DNA of 64,000 nt from a bacterium. GTDB lineage: Bacteria; Patescibacteriota; CPR2; UBA1875; JAJYID01. Position numbers and translations under genes: made by a program. The notes under the pieces are model-generated. The model saw only the letters and a program-made list of their open reading frames with translations, ran no database searches and was not told where the DNA came from. Position 1 is the stretch's first letter. The number at the start of each line of letters is the position of its first letter. Below, in pieces: positions 45,389-55,238 of the stretch. Location: positions 11,261-75,260 of the forward strand of contig JAUSJO010000002.1 in NCBI GenBank assembly GCA_030647205.1, written 5' to 3'.

Positions 45389-46264
45389 ATGCTAGAAATT
45401 TCACACGAGGAACCACAACACAACAATATCACAGATGGATCTGTTGAATCTTTCGGCGGGGAGTCCAAATTTGTAGATATTCAGCCTTCTTTAGAATCTC
45501 AGATATCTAACATTCCGGTTATTGTTGCCGGAGGTTGGTCTGAAACTCCCAAAAGCCTGCAGGATGTAGGTGAAGAAATAACTTCAAAAGGACGAAGGAC
45601 AATACTAGTTGAACATGCACGCTCCGGCGGCAAGGATAAAGACCAAACAGATTATCCGCCAGAAACACAACAAAGAGCCAATACACTGCTTGTCACCTTA
45701 GATAAACTAAATATAGATAAAGCGGATATTATAGCTCATTCAGAAGGTGCCTTAGATGCTGTGTTTGCTGCTATGCAATCGCCTGAAAGATTTAGGAGCT
45801 TGATTTTAGTGGCCCCTGCAGGGATGATAGGCGAAGATTCTATCCCGGCATTGAGCGCCAGGTTCTCAAAAAAGATCGTGAGAGGATGGACAAAAGATGC
45901 TCGTGAAAATCCTAAAGCAGCATATAGATTAAATACTGGTACGCCTCAGTATGTAGCCAAGAATCCGGTAAAAGCTATCAGAGAAATAAAGGATATTTCC
46001 AGTATAACTATTGAAGAGGCTTTAACAGATATTAAAGAGTCAGGTGTTAACGTCTCAATAATACAATCGCAATCTGATCAAGTTTTCCCTAGTGAAAGAA
46101 TCAATAAAAATGTAGTTTTAGGTGAGAATGTTGATAGACATGCCTCAGTGGTAAGTGAGGATGCGGGTCACGATGATTTAATAGTCCACCCCGAGAGATC
46201 TACTCGCGCAGCCCTCCAGATGATCGATCAATTTGAAGAGGATAGACAAGTATCCTCCGAGTAG
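45389..46264 (+). CDS. alpha/beta-hydrolase-fold esterase/lipase
   Basis: Nucleophile elbow IIAHSEGA. Predicted Asp/His further downstream. Confidence 0.55.
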   Translation: MLEISHEEPQHNNITDGSVESFGGESKFVDIQPSLESQISNIPVIVAGGWSETPKSLQDVGEEITSKGRRTILVEHARSGGKDKDQTDYPPETQQRANTLLVTLDKLNIDKADIIAHSEGALDAVFAAMQSPERFRSLILVAPAGMIGEDSIPALSARFSKKIVRGWTKDARENPKAAYRLNTGTPQYVAKNPVKAIREIKDISSITIEEALTDIKESGVNVSIIQSQSDQVFPSERINKNVVLGENVDRHASVVSEDAGHDDLIVHPERSTRAALQMIDQFEEDRQVSSE

Positions 46265-46393
46265 TCGTTTGCTAAATCCCAGGCATAAATGTTTTCTCAA
46301 TCGTATTATTTCAATATTATACGTAATTATTCAAAAGAAAAAGAGCCCGACTACTTAAGTCGGGCCCTTTGATCCCATTTAAGGGAAAAGGTA

Positions 46394-46654
46394 CTACCCC
46401 TTGCGACCGGAGGCCTTAACAAACTCGACCTGGTCTCCCTTTTTGAGGGTCTTGTTCCAGTCCGTGACCTGGTTTCCGTTCACGAAGGCGTTCGGCTTTG
46501 ACCGAAGTCTGCCACCGGCGCCCATGATCTTTGCCGCTTCCTTGAGAGTCTTGTTCGGTGCGATTTCTCTTGTGTCGCTGCCGTACCTTACTGTGGTCAT
46601 CAAGGACTCGCCCTTGTCGTCTGACCGGTAACTGTTCTCAGTTTCTGCTGACAT
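46394..46654 (-). CDS. ubiquitin-like beta-grasp protein (ThiS/MoaD/Ubl-like) with C-terminal ...GRKG
   Basis: AAGGGGGTGG RBS then ATG (MSAETEN...). C-terminal half ...FVNGNQVTDWNKTLKKGDQVEFVKASGRKG fits the ThiS/Ubl pattern. GC-rich island. Confidence 0.5.
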   Translation of the reverse strand: MSAETENSYRSDDKGESLMTTVRYGSDTREIAPNKTLKEAAKIMGAGGRLRSKPNAFVNGNQVTDWNKTLKKGDQVEFVKASGRKG

Positions 46655-47321
46655 GTTTCCACCCCCTTTCCTGAGGTAGAATTTTTCTTTGCATTTCCGG
46701 CTCGATACTGACATAAATCTCCATAGTGGGGTTACCGGAGACGATGTCGGCGTAAGCTTCTATCATGGCGAGACCAACCATTCGGTTTGTCTCCGCGATT
46801 TGGGGATGCGAGCGTGATAACGCAAGGCATCCTTGTTCGAAAGGCCCCTTGTCTGTGGGGCTTGCGATCTCGGGATGGAAGTGGGCCAACGGCGGAGTTA
46901 TCGAAACTCCATCTTTCCGCCAGAAAACCGATACATTTCCATCTTTGAGCTCATTACCTCCGGATACGAGGAGGATGTCGCTCAGGTTCCTTTCGCAATG
47001 GGTGTCCACGATATTTCTTGTCTTGTGGTTGTCCACTGCCAGAAAGACCGTGTCGCCAGGGCCAACCAGAACTCCGACATTCTCAGGAGTTATGTAGCTG
47101 GGTATCCCTGTTGCCTCTACCCCTTGGGCAGAAAGCGCGCTTGCGGTAACGATCGCCTTGTTCGCACCAACCTGAGCAAACGGCTGCCTCTCTTTGTTCT
47201 TCTTTTCGTACTTGTCTCCGTCTATGAGGATCAGCTTTGCTTCAGGATATTTCTCGATCAGATACGGCAGCATTTGGTTAGTAATGCCGCCAACACCGAC
47301 TATCTTGATGACTTCTTTCAT
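46638..47321 (-). CDS. E1-like ThiF/MoeB-family adenylyltransferase (short form)
   Basis: Rossmann IVGVGGITNQMLPYL. LAVDNHKTR (ThiF/E1 ATP-binding arginine region). Confidence 0.7.
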   Translation of the reverse strand: MKEVIKIVGVGGITNQMLPYLIEKYPEAKLILIDGDKYEKKNKERQPFAQVGANKAIVTASALSAQGVEATGIPSYITPENVGVLVGPGDTVFLAVDNHKTRNIVDTHCERNLSDILLVSGGNELKDGNVSVFWRKDGVSITPPLAHFHPEIASPTDKGPFEQGCLALSRSHPQIAETNRMVGLAMIEAYADIVSGNPTMEIYVSIEPEMQRKILPQERGWKHVSRN

Positions 47322-47983
47322 GCATTCTCACCGCCTTTTAGGTATCTCCAGATCCGGGACAGATAAAAGCGCATGAGGACGCGGAAGCCTCGGGACTTAT
47401 GAACTTGTGGAATTTTGACAGAGGTAAGCTCCTCCAGTTCCACTTCTTCCAGTGCCGGGGGCGGTTCGAAGATGTCTTCAGGATAGAAAAATACCCTTTT
47501 ATCCCCGACGATCACTGAACAGCTGATCGAAGGAAAAACGCTTGTGAGCAAATTCCCAATGGTGATATGAATGCCTGGCATACCCAGCTCGTCCTGATCA
47601 TCAAACTGTGAGTGTCCGGCAGGTTCGTCGACATGCGAGTGTAAGTCGCCTATCTGGTTGTACCCGGGCGGGCTTGGAGGCAGGTCGCTATGAATGACGA
47701 AAACTCCAACAGCAGTCTGATCTGGGATGACGAAGCGATATTCCTGCTCATCGTGAGAGTAATACATCGCGATGTAGAGCTCAGCATTCTGGTTCTTGGC
47801 GACATACCTCATTTGCTCAACGATTTCGTTGAACCTTGAGTAGGGTATCCGCGGTACTTTCAGCGAAACTCCTTCTTTGATGTCAGGCATCTTCCATAGC
47901 GGTATAGACTCAGCCGTTGCGCTGTAGAAGTCATTGCTCTCGACCGCAAAAATGCCTTTTTTACCGGTTTCGTTGCTCAGCAT
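47318..47983 (-). CDS. JAB/MPN (JAMM) metalloprotease
   Basis: JAMM motif HSHVDEPAGHSQFD (HxH-x7-S-xx-D) with an upstream Glu. Overlaps its neighbours by 4 nt. Confidence 0.65.
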   Translation of the reverse strand: MLSNETGKKGIFAVESNDFYSATAESIPLWKMPDIKEGVSLKVPRIPYSRFNEIVEQMRYVAKNQNAELYIAMYYSHDEQEYRFVIPDQTAVGVFVIHSDLPPSPPGYNQIGDLHSHVDEPAGHSQFDDQDELGMPGIHITIGNLLTSVFPSISCSVIVGDKRVFFYPEDIFEPPPALEEVELEELTSVKIPQVHKSRGFRVLMRFYLSRIWRYLKGGENA

Positions 47984-47984
47984 A

Positions 47985-48599
47985 TTACACCTCTTTCAAG
48001 CTCTCGTAGAAGTCAGTAGGTAGATACAAGTCACCACTTTTGAGTCTATGGCTTCCGGCACTGGCGAAGTAACGCATTTCTAGTTCAAGGACTGACTGTG
48101 GGGTCATTCTTGAAAGAAGAGCCCATCTGTAAGGATTCCTTACCCGCCAATCTGAGGCCATGAGAAGATCCAGTTTGTTATGCATGATGCCGAAACCTTC
48201 ACTCCAGAAATGGTTCACGATGCCTACAGCCCCTTGAAGGGGTGAAGTCGGCGTATAGAGGGAAAGAGTGTCGGCGCAGAGCTCTCCTTTGGTAGTGAAA
48301 TGAGGAAGGAAGGGTACGTACAAGTTATCGTTGGGACTTTCAAGTGGCTTTCTTGCGAAAAACACACTAATCCCCGAATTCACGTATCCACCCTGATCCT
48401 TTTCCCCATACATTCTTACAAAGAAGTAGGTGTAAGGCATGATAAGCTTAAGCGTAAAGGGAAGATTCCAGACTTTCAGTGATCTGAAAGCCGGAGGATA
48501 TTCCAGTACTTCCCAATATACGTGACCTCCTTGGGAGATCTCTGCTACCCTTGTATACCCCTCCCCTCCGACGAGAAGAGGATATTTTACGTCTGTCAT
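47985..48599 (-). CDS. E2-like (UBC-fold) candidate
   Basis: PHFTTKGELCADTLSL resembles HPN...G.ICLDIL around the E2 catalytic Cys. GAGGAG RBS before the internal ATG, which is taken as the start. Confidence 0.4.
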   Translation of the reverse strand: MTDVKYPLLVGGEGYTRVAEISQGGHVYWEVLEYPPAFRSLKVWNLPFTLKLIMPYTYFFVRMYGEKDQGGYVNSGISVFFARKPLESPNDNLYVPFLPHFTTKGELCADTLSLYTPTSPLQGAVGIVNHFWSEGFGIMHNKLDLLMASDWRVRNPYRWALLSRMTPQSVLELEMRYFASAGSHRLKSGDLYLPTDFYESLKEV

Positions 48600-48600
48600 C

Positions 48601-48999
48601 TTACTCCTCATTTCTGTCGATTTGGACGGGGCAGTTTTTGCTGTTTTTTGCTGTTTCTTGGATCAAAACGTTGATTATCTTGTTAGCTCTTTCCACTACA
48701 GGGCGAAGACTTTGATACAGTTTTTCTTTCTGTTCTGCTTGGTATGCTTCCTTGGCTTCAACCTCAGTTACTGCGGTTGAGTAAAAGGATGCAAACAAAA
48801 GAACAAAAACAGAAAGAGCCACGATAGTTCCCCAACCTCTAAGGAAGCGGGGATATCGGTTCAGCTTTACTCTGACGGGGGTTAATACTAACATTCTGAA
48901 GAACCCGTAGAGCAGTCCGGTGACTACAAATGCTATGGAGGCCTCTACTATGACAATCCAGATTCGGGCATCACCTGCCGCAAATGAAGGTGTGAACAT
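48601..48999 (-). CDS. two-TM membrane protein heading the E2-JAB-E1-Ubl operon
   Basis: IWIVIVEASIAFVVTGLLYGF and TIVALSVFVLLFASFY helices plus a coiled-coil-like tail. Stop overlaps the next gene. Confidence 0.4.
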   Translation of the reverse strand: MFTPSFAAGDARIWIVIVEASIAFVVTGLLYGFFRMLVLTPVRVKLNRYPRFLRGWGTIVALSVFVLLFASFYSTAVTEVEAKEAYQAEQKEKLYQSLRPVVERANKIINVLIQETAKNSKNCPVQIDRNEE

Positions 49000-49050
49000 T
49001 TATATCACTATTCCTTTCGTATATTTATGTGTAAAGGTGCGCAATAGAAA

Positions 49051-49079
49051 ATTATACTGTACTTATGCTATATTGTCAA
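49051..49079 (-). promoter_or_regulatory. consensus sigma70 promoter (TTGACA-17-TATAAT) driving the Ubl-system operon
   Basis: Minus strand reads TTGACAatatagcataagtacagTATAAT, about 50 nt upstream of the 48999 start. Confidence 0.6.
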
Positions 49080-49123
49080 CCCTTTTTGTAGTGGCGCAAA
49101 GCTATTGAACCATTACTATCTCC

Positions 49124-49152
49124 TTGACTTATCTTTTTTCTTGTGTTATAGT
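49124..49152 (+). promoter_or_regulatory. divergent promoter TTGACT-17-TATAGT for the 49224 gene
   Basis: Good -35/-10 spacing. AGGAGG RBS then GTG downstream. Confidence 0.5.
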
Positions 49153-49223
49153 ATTATCTCTGAAAAATCATTAGCTTCAATTCTATAAGCGATGAGTGAA
49201 CCTTAGAGAGGTAGGAGGCACGA

Positions 49224-49607
49224 GTGAACGATTCACAGAAAATTGCTGAATTAGTGAAGCGGTGTGGAAAGTCGGTTCAGATCCTTGAGAAAAAGCGGAT
49301 GTTAGGCTTTATCCCTGTTACTCACTCTCGCGGATGGCTCTGGATCGATGATGCTAACGATCATTGGTCTGTAACCCTTGCCAATGGCAAGACGTCCCAT
49401 CAGGCCCTTGGTAGTAAGGCTTTCGCCGCAGACTTTCGAAAGGCCAATGGTGAGCGCAAAATAGGGCCGTCTGATCTGACCGGCGTATGGAAGTCAGCAC
49501 TTTCTATGTGGCCGATCAGAGACGAAGAGGAAGCCGTTCGGGTCTTTGATCTTATTGTATCAAGGATTGATCTGGCTTACAGCTATCACTGTACGGCACA
49601 GGCATGA
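49224..49607 (+). CDS. hypothetical soluble protein (GC-rich, divergent from the Ubl operon)
   Basis: GTG start with AGGAGG RBS. 127 aa. No recognisable domain. Confidence 0.4.
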   Translation: MNDSQKIAELVKRCGKSVQILEKKRMLGFIPVTHSRGWLWIDDANDHWSVTLANGKTSHQALGSKAFAADFRKANGERKIGPSDLTGVWKSALSMWPIRDEEEAVRVFDLIVSRIDLAYSYHCTAQA

Positions 49608-49625
49608 TGTATGTACTTCTAACAG

Positions 49626-49660
49626 CGGGGTATCGGACTCTAGTCCGATACCCCGTTTTT
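49626..49660 (+). terminator. rho-independent terminator
   Basis: CGGGGTATCGGAC-tcta-GTCCGATACCCCG then TTTTT. Confidence 0.65.
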
Positions 49661-49681
49661 CTTTATAGTAGAAAAATCCGT

Positions 49682-50497
49682 TTATTTAGTTTGAGTGAGG
49701 GGATCTATTTGGAGGGCTTTTTGTTTGTGCTCGTTTGCTTTAGTCTGATCCCCCATTTTATCGTAAATCTTTGAGGCCATGATATGGGCATCGCGGTAAT
49801 TATCTTTTTCCTTTAATATAGTTAGAATGTCTTTTTCTGCTAAGTTCAAATAATTTTCAGAGTAGTACTTATTTGTCGCTTCTAACTTAAGGTAAAGTGG
49901 ATTTTGAGCTTCCTTATAGGTTGCGAAGTACTTATCTAAATCATATAAATTACATTGTTTTGCTTTTGTGAAGCTATTTTTTGCCTTATTAAAGTCATTT
50001 AAGTTTACAAATGCACCATAACAGCTAGATGAAGTTGGGTCTAAATCGGAAAGTTGGTTCAAGTAGTTTTCGGCCACTCCCCTATCGCCCTTTTTAAGCT
50101 CAACGAGAATCAGTCCTTTTAGTGAGTCAGAATTCGACTTTTTATTTTTTGCTTTTGTAAAAGTATTTTCTGCCTCTTTCACTTTATTTTCACTCAGATA
50201 CAAATTTCCAAGTTTATTCAAAATATCGACCTCTCCCCTACCCACCATGATTTTCTCTGCAGAATCATTCTTACCAATAGCAATATAGAGGTCGACAAGG
50301 GGCAGAATATTATCCGGTTTTCCTCGTAAGGTCAGTGACTTTTCAAGCGCTAGTATTTTCCCCTGTATATCCGTTGTTTCACGTGAAACTTTTATATAGT
50401 CACTTGCTTTACTATCAGCCCAAAACATATAGCCAGTCAAAATAATGATTGAGGCTGCTGCAATTATGATTAAGATTATTGTCTTTTTCTTGTTCAT
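49682..50497 (-). CDS. membrane-anchored TPR-repeat protein
   Basis: N-terminal TM. Repeated 34-aa helical units (W/LG/Y/A/F/A/P pattern). Low GC. Confidence 0.55.
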   Translation of the reverse strand: MNKKKTIILIIIAAASIIILTGYMFWADSKASDYIKVSRETTDIQGKILALEKSLTLRGKPDNILPLVDLYIAIGKNDSAEKIMVGRGEVDILNKLGNLYLSENKVKEAENTFTKAKNKKSNSDSLKGLILVELKKGDRGVAENYLNQLSDLDPTSSSCYGAFVNLNDFNKAKNSFTKAKQCNLYDLDKYFATYKEAQNPLYLKLEATNKYYSENYLNLAEKDILTILKEKDNYRDAHIMASKIYDKMGDQTKANEHKQKALQIDPLTQTK

Positions 50498-50650
50498 GGA
50501 TTTATTATCATATACTTTCAGGAAAAAAGCGAATAAGTTGTGTAAAACTGTGGATCTGGTAGCAGGAGATTTTTTAAAAGGTCAATCTTGAGCACGAATT
50601 TGGTTAAAAAAAGTTCATGCTTACTTTTCCACATGTTTGTCTGCGCTAGC

Positions 50651-52828
50651 TTAGAATTCAATCTTTTCCGGCCATTTAGAGATAATCAGGGGTTCTTTTT
50701 CATCTAGATTTTCCCAAATTGACTCAGTAACAAATGGCATAATAGGATGAAGTAGTTTTAATGAATTTTTCAGAACAACATCAAGAGTATATTGAGCGGC
50801 AAGTTTACTCTTGTCGTTTTCGCGGATACGAACTTTTGTATCTTCTATACAGTTATCGCAGAAATCATGCCAGAAAAAGTCATATATTACTTCGATCGCG
50901 TGTTGAAAGTCGTATTTACCTAGGTAGTTATTGGTAGTTTCGATAGTCTGATTTAGTTTTTTGAGTATTTCTTTGTCATTTTTAGTTAGACTTGGCTTTA
51001 TTTCCTTCTCAAATGTTTCACGTGAAACATCTTTATAGTCTTCCAAATTCATCAAAGTAAATCTGGTAGCATTCCAGACCTTATTAGCAAACCTTTTTCC
51101 ATTCAAGATAGCGTCTTCAGAGAACTTTATATCCTGTCCCTGCCCAATCTGCCATAAAAGGCCAAATCTGGTAGCATCCGTGCCATATTTTTCTATCAAT
51201 TCCAGCGGATCAACCCCTGTTCCAAGTGATTTAGACATTCTTCTGCCTTCACTGTTAAAAACTGTGGGGTTAATATATACGTCCTTAAACGGAACTTCTC
51301 CCATGAACTCGATGCCAGACATTATTATGCGTGCTACCCATAGATAAAGTATGTCTCTGGCTGTGGCGAGAAAAGTTGTAGGGTAAAAATAATCCAAATC
51401 TTTCGTTTTTTCCGGCCAACCAAAGGTTGCAAACGGCCAAAGCGCACTTGAAAACCATGTATCAAGTACATCCTCATCTCTTTTTAGCTTCGATGATTTA
51501 CATTTTGGACATTTACGTTCAGATTTCTTGCTTTCTACATCTTCCATGGCCCACTTTTCGGAAACGATGATTTCTCCGCATTCGCAGTACCATACCGGTA
51601 TTTGATGCCCCCACCATATTTGCCTGGATATGCACCAGTCATTTATATTGTTCATCCAGTCTAGGTAAACCTTTTTCCATTTTTTAGGATGAAACTCAAC
51701 TTCCCCGTCTTTAACGGCCTTAATGGCCGGCTTTGCCAACTCTTTCATGCTTACGTACCATTGCAAGGTCAGAGAAGGCTCCATAATGGTATTGCATCGA
51801 TAACAATGCCCTACATTATGGATGTATGGTTTGGCTTGACTAAGCCATTTACCCTCTTTTAGCATCTCGATAACTACATCTCGAGCTTCAAATCTATCAA
51901 GTCCTGCGAACTCTTCTCCTGCCTCAGGTGTCATCTTGCCTTCAAGGTCGATAACGATTATTTTGTCTAGCTTGTGCCTTTTGGCTATCTCAAAGTCGTT
52001 AGGATCGTGAGCAGGCGTAACCTTAACTGCTCCTGTACCAAACTCCATGTCTACGATATCATCTGTGATAATCGGTATTTTTCGGCCTTGTATAGGTAAA
52101 ATCACATTTTTCCCAATCAAGTCTGTATATCTTTTATCTTTTGGATTTACGGCAACGGCCGTGTCTCCAAGCATGGTTTCCGGCCGGGTTGTTGCTACTG
52201 TAAGCTCTCCCCCGCCTTCTATCTCATATTTAATGTACCAGAGGAAACTCTCATGTTCTTCGTGCTCAACCTCAAGATCAGAGAGAGAAGTTCCGCATCT
52301 TGGACACCAGTTGGTTATGCGATAATCACGATAAATATAACCCTTGTCATAGTAATGAGTGAAGGCTTTTAAAATTGCCTTTGTATAGCCTTCATCCATA
52401 GTAAAGCGGGTTCTGGACCAGTCGCACGAGCAACCTAGGGTTTTTAGTTGTCCCAAGATTCTTGCTTCATACTCATCCTTCCATTTCCAAACCTCTTTCT
52501 CAAAATTGGCTCTGCCAAGGTCAAATCTCGTTTTTCCCTCTTTGGCGAGTTTCTTTTCTACCACAGACTGAGTAGCAATGCCGGCGTGATCTGTGCCGGG
52601 GAGCCACTCTGCAGGGATTCCTTTCATCCTATTCCATCTTACAAGCGTATCTTGAATGGTATTATTTAGTGCGTGTCCCATATGCAAAGAACCTGTGACG
52701 TTTGGAGGGGGGATAACCACTGTGAAGGGCTTTTTGCCACCTTCAAGTTTAGGGGTGAAATATCCGCCTTTTTCCCATTTTTCATATATATTTTTTTCGT
52801 TTTCTTCCGGTTTGTATGACTTGTCCAT
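50651..52828 (-). CDS. valS: valyl-tRNA synthetase (compact, 725 aa)
   Basis: PPPNVTGSLHMGHAL (HMGH), KMSKS as RMSKSLGT. CP1 editing and anticodon-binding regions present. Lacks the long C-terminal coiled coil. Confidence 0.85.
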   Translation of the reverse strand: MDKSYKPEENEKNIYEKWEKGGYFTPKLEGGKKPFTVVIPPPNVTGSLHMGHALNNTIQDTLVRWNRMKGIPAEWLPGTDHAGIATQSVVEKKLAKEGKTRFDLGRANFEKEVWKWKDEYEARILGQLKTLGCSCDWSRTRFTMDEGYTKAILKAFTHYYDKGYIYRDYRITNWCPRCGTSLSDLEVEHEEHESFLWYIKYEIEGGGELTVATTRPETMLGDTAVAVNPKDKRYTDLIGKNVILPIQGRKIPIITDDIVDMEFGTGAVKVTPAHDPNDFEIAKRHKLDKIIVIDLEGKMTPEAGEEFAGLDRFEARDVVIEMLKEGKWLSQAKPYIHNVGHCYRCNTIMEPSLTLQWYVSMKELAKPAIKAVKDGEVEFHPKKWKKVYLDWMNNINDWCISRQIWWGHQIPVWYCECGEIIVSEKWAMEDVESKKSERKCPKCKSSKLKRDEDVLDTWFSSALWPFATFGWPEKTKDLDYFYPTTFLATARDILYLWVARIIMSGIEFMGEVPFKDVYINPTVFNSEGRRMSKSLGTGVDPLELIEKYGTDATRFGLLWQIGQGQDIKFSEDAILNGKRFANKVWNATRFTLMNLEDYKDVSRETFEKEIKPSLTKNDKEILKKLNQTIETTNNYLGKYDFQHAIEVIYDFFWHDFCDNCIEDTKVRIRENDKSKLAAQYTLDVVLKNSLKLLHPIMPFVTESIWENLDEKEPLIISKWPEKIEF

Positions 52829-53040
52829 CTTTTGCCTTTCTTAAAATAAAAAAACCCGCTTCTTGGGGGTCCGATTACTCGGATGGTACCACCCCAATTC
52901 CACGTGGCGCTTCATCTTAGCTTTTACGGAGCTACCGGTGAGTTCTAATTTTCAGCGATTGCCAAATTTCTTCTCACAGCTCACAGGATGACATTAGGTC
53001 CTGTTCGAATGCTTTTATCAAATTGTTATGAAAGTTTACA
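52829..53040 (-). promoter_or_regulatory. candidate T-box leader upstream of valS
   Basis: Minus-strand leader contains AAUUGGGGUGGUACCAUCCG (T-box core AAUUAGGGUGGUACC, 1 mismatch, UGGU bulge compatible with discriminator A). Then a GC hairpin and U7 run before the RBS. Possible GUC-A specifier in a CAGGA/UCCUG stem further upstream. Confidence 0.45.
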
Positions 53041-53158
53041 TCAAAAACGCCAAGAAGTCAAAGAGGATTGAAAAAATAAGCATTTTATAGTAAAATGTGG
53101 TCTCTTGGGTAATCCCAACGAATTATTGATAGAAAAATATAGATACTGGAGGTAACAA

Positions 53159-54637
53159 ATGATCGGATTGCTTGGGCGGAAAATCAAGAAAGTCGTTATC
53201 ATAGAGCCGAAATCGGCGGATAGGCAAGTTTATGGACTGTTCAAAATACCGCGCGGGGTTGTCCTTTTAGCAACCATTTTGAAGACGCTGGGGTACGAAG
53301 TGAAGGTCTATTGTGAGGATTTTGCCCAGATAGACTGGGACGATGTTCTGAGCGCCGACGTGGTTTGCCTCTCGTTGCTTACAGCTACAGCCAAGAGAGG
53401 ATATGCTGTAGCCAAGGAGGTTCGTGTGCGAGAGATTCGTGCTGGTGCGCCGTATAAACCAATCATCATGGGTGGTGTCCACCCAACATTTGCTACCGAA
53501 GAGGCGCTCGTAAATAGTGCTGACTTTGTGGTAAGGCATGAGGGAGATAAGACACTGCCTGAGCTTCTGGAGGCTATCGAGGGCAAGCGCGAACTTGAAA
53601 GTGTACTCGGTATTGCGTTTTTCCGCGATAATCAGGTTATAAAAACCGCGGAGAGGCCGTTTCTCACCAACGAGGAGCTCGATGAACTTCCTTTTCCCGA
53701 CAAGACCCTTGTTGTGAACTGGGAAGAAATCACAACCGATCTGGTCATCACGTCTAGAGGATGCCCATTCAACTGTAATTTCTGTTCGGTGACTGCTATG
53801 TTTGGGAGAAAGTTCCGGATCAGAAGCGTCAAGAGGGTCCTCGATGAGCTGGAAGTACTGTCGGTAAATGCCGGCGGCAAAAGGATAGTTGTTTTTATCG
53901 GCGACGACAACTTCACCGCGAAAGAAAAACGCGCGGTTGAAATCGGTGATGGTATCATCGAGAGGGGACTAAACCTCTCTATGATCATTCAGGCGAGAAC
54001 CAATACGTCGGAAGCGACTCTTGCTGCGCTGAAAAGGGCAGGAGTAGGTCGTGTCTGCGTAGGTCTTGAGTCGGTAAGCGACGAGGCGCTCAAGGAGAGC
54101 AACAAGCGCCAGGAAGTCAAAGACATCATCAACTTCATCGAAAGATGCGACAGGGTCGGGGTCAAGATCCATGGTATGTTTGTGTCGGGCTTTGATAATG
54201 ATACGCCCAGAACGATACGGGGTATCGTCAAGTTCGCTAAGAAGTACCGCAGGATTCTGGAAACAATCCAAATAACAATCCTGACGCCGTTTCCGGGGAC
54301 GATTCTCTACGATCTCATGGTTAGTGGTGGTGACATAGTCTTCCATGATTGGGATCTCTACAATACCCACACCGTGGTACACTTGCCCAAGAAAATGAAG
54401 CCCTCAGAACTTCAGAGGGAAACGTACTTGGCAATGAAGCGCTTCTACTCCGTGTACGGTATCTTCATCTCACTCCTCAAGCTCAACAAAACCTCAATCG
54501 TTATCAGTCTTTTCGGCTGGACAGAGGCAAGGCGGTGGCGCTGGGGAAAAGGGTTTAGATCCCATATGCGCATTCTGCGCAGGATGGAACGTCGCGGTTT
54601 ATTTACGCAAAACGTCTTACCGGACACCACTTCCTAA
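53159..54637 (+). CDS. cobalamin(B12)-binding-domain radical SAM enzyme (class B)
   Basis: N-terminal Rossmann-like B12-binding region. GCPFNCNFC (CxxxCxxC). 492 aa. ~52% GC. Confidence 0.7.
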   Translation: MIGLLGRKIKKVVIIEPKSADRQVYGLFKIPRGVVLLATILKTLGYEVKVYCEDFAQIDWDDVLSADVVCLSLLTATAKRGYAVAKEVRVREIRAGAPYKPIIMGGVHPTFATEEALVNSADFVVRHEGDKTLPELLEAIEGKRELESVLGIAFFRDNQVIKTAERPFLTNEELDELPFPDKTLVVNWEEITTDLVITSRGCPFNCNFCSVTAMFGRKFRIRSVKRVLDELEVLSVNAGGKRIVVFIGDDNFTAKEKRAVEIGDGIIERGLNLSMIIQARTNTSEATLAALKRAGVGRVCVGLESVSDEALKESNKRQEVKDIINFIERCDRVGVKIHGMFVSGFDNDTPRTIRGIVKFAKKYRRILETIQITILTPFPGTILYDLMVSGGDIVFHDWDLYNTHTVVHLPKKMKPSELQRETYLAMKRFYSVYGIFISLLKLNKTSIVISLFGWTEARRWRWGKGFRSHMRILRRMERRGLFTQNVLPDTTS

Positions 54638-54852
54638 TAGCAGAATAGTATCTATCCATTGTCCCCTTAAGTCATCGTACTTGAGGGGACTCTTTTTTTA
54701 GACTAATTTTAAACTCGGACTTGCCATATAAAATCAAAATTAGACTTGCGAAAAGTCAGTGTTTATGGTATGATAGCAGTCCTTAGAGCATTATCTCTAA
54801 AGCAAATTGAAAAAAAGAGTTCATTTCAAAATCCTAGAGAAAGGTGATCCAA

Positions 54853-55233
54853 ATGAGCACTAATGCAGTTGATGTTATCCAGATAATACTGTTGGTCGCA
54901 GGGCTATCGCTTATGGTAAGCATGCGTAATTTGCTGAAAAATGCTATGGCACCCGGCAAAAGAGTATCGGTTGCGGAAAAGCCCCAAGATATAAACATGA
55001 AAGACCTGTTCTTCCTAAAAATGGTATACAAGAGGTTGGGCAGGATCGTGGTAGCTAAAATAACCGTACTTATTGTCATAGCGGTGACGCTCTTCTTCCA
55101 ATGGAATGCTCTATTCTTCATCGCCGCGGTAGGCTATGCGGTTTTTCTGTATATTTACTTGAAGCTATCTGTCAACAAATGTCGCCGTAACGTGGAGACA
55201 TTGATCGGGCAAGTTTCTGCTGCGAAAGGGTGA
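54853..55233 (+). CDS. small membrane protein, hypothetical
   Basis: GAAAGGTGA RBS, 3 predicted TMs. Confidence 0.4.
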   Translation: MSTNAVDVIQIILLVAGLSLMVSMRNLLKNAMAPGKRVSVAEKPQDINMKDLFFLKMVYKRLGRIVVAKITVLIVIAVTLFFQWNALFFIAAVGYAVFLYIYLKLSVNKCRRNVETLIGQVSAAKG

Positions 55234-55238
55234 GTGCG

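Noticed and set aside
53267-54382. Several 80-137-aa minus-strand ORFs inside the B12 radical SAM gene
   Set aside because: They are antisense to a gene with clear motifs. GC-rich sequence inflates random ORF length.
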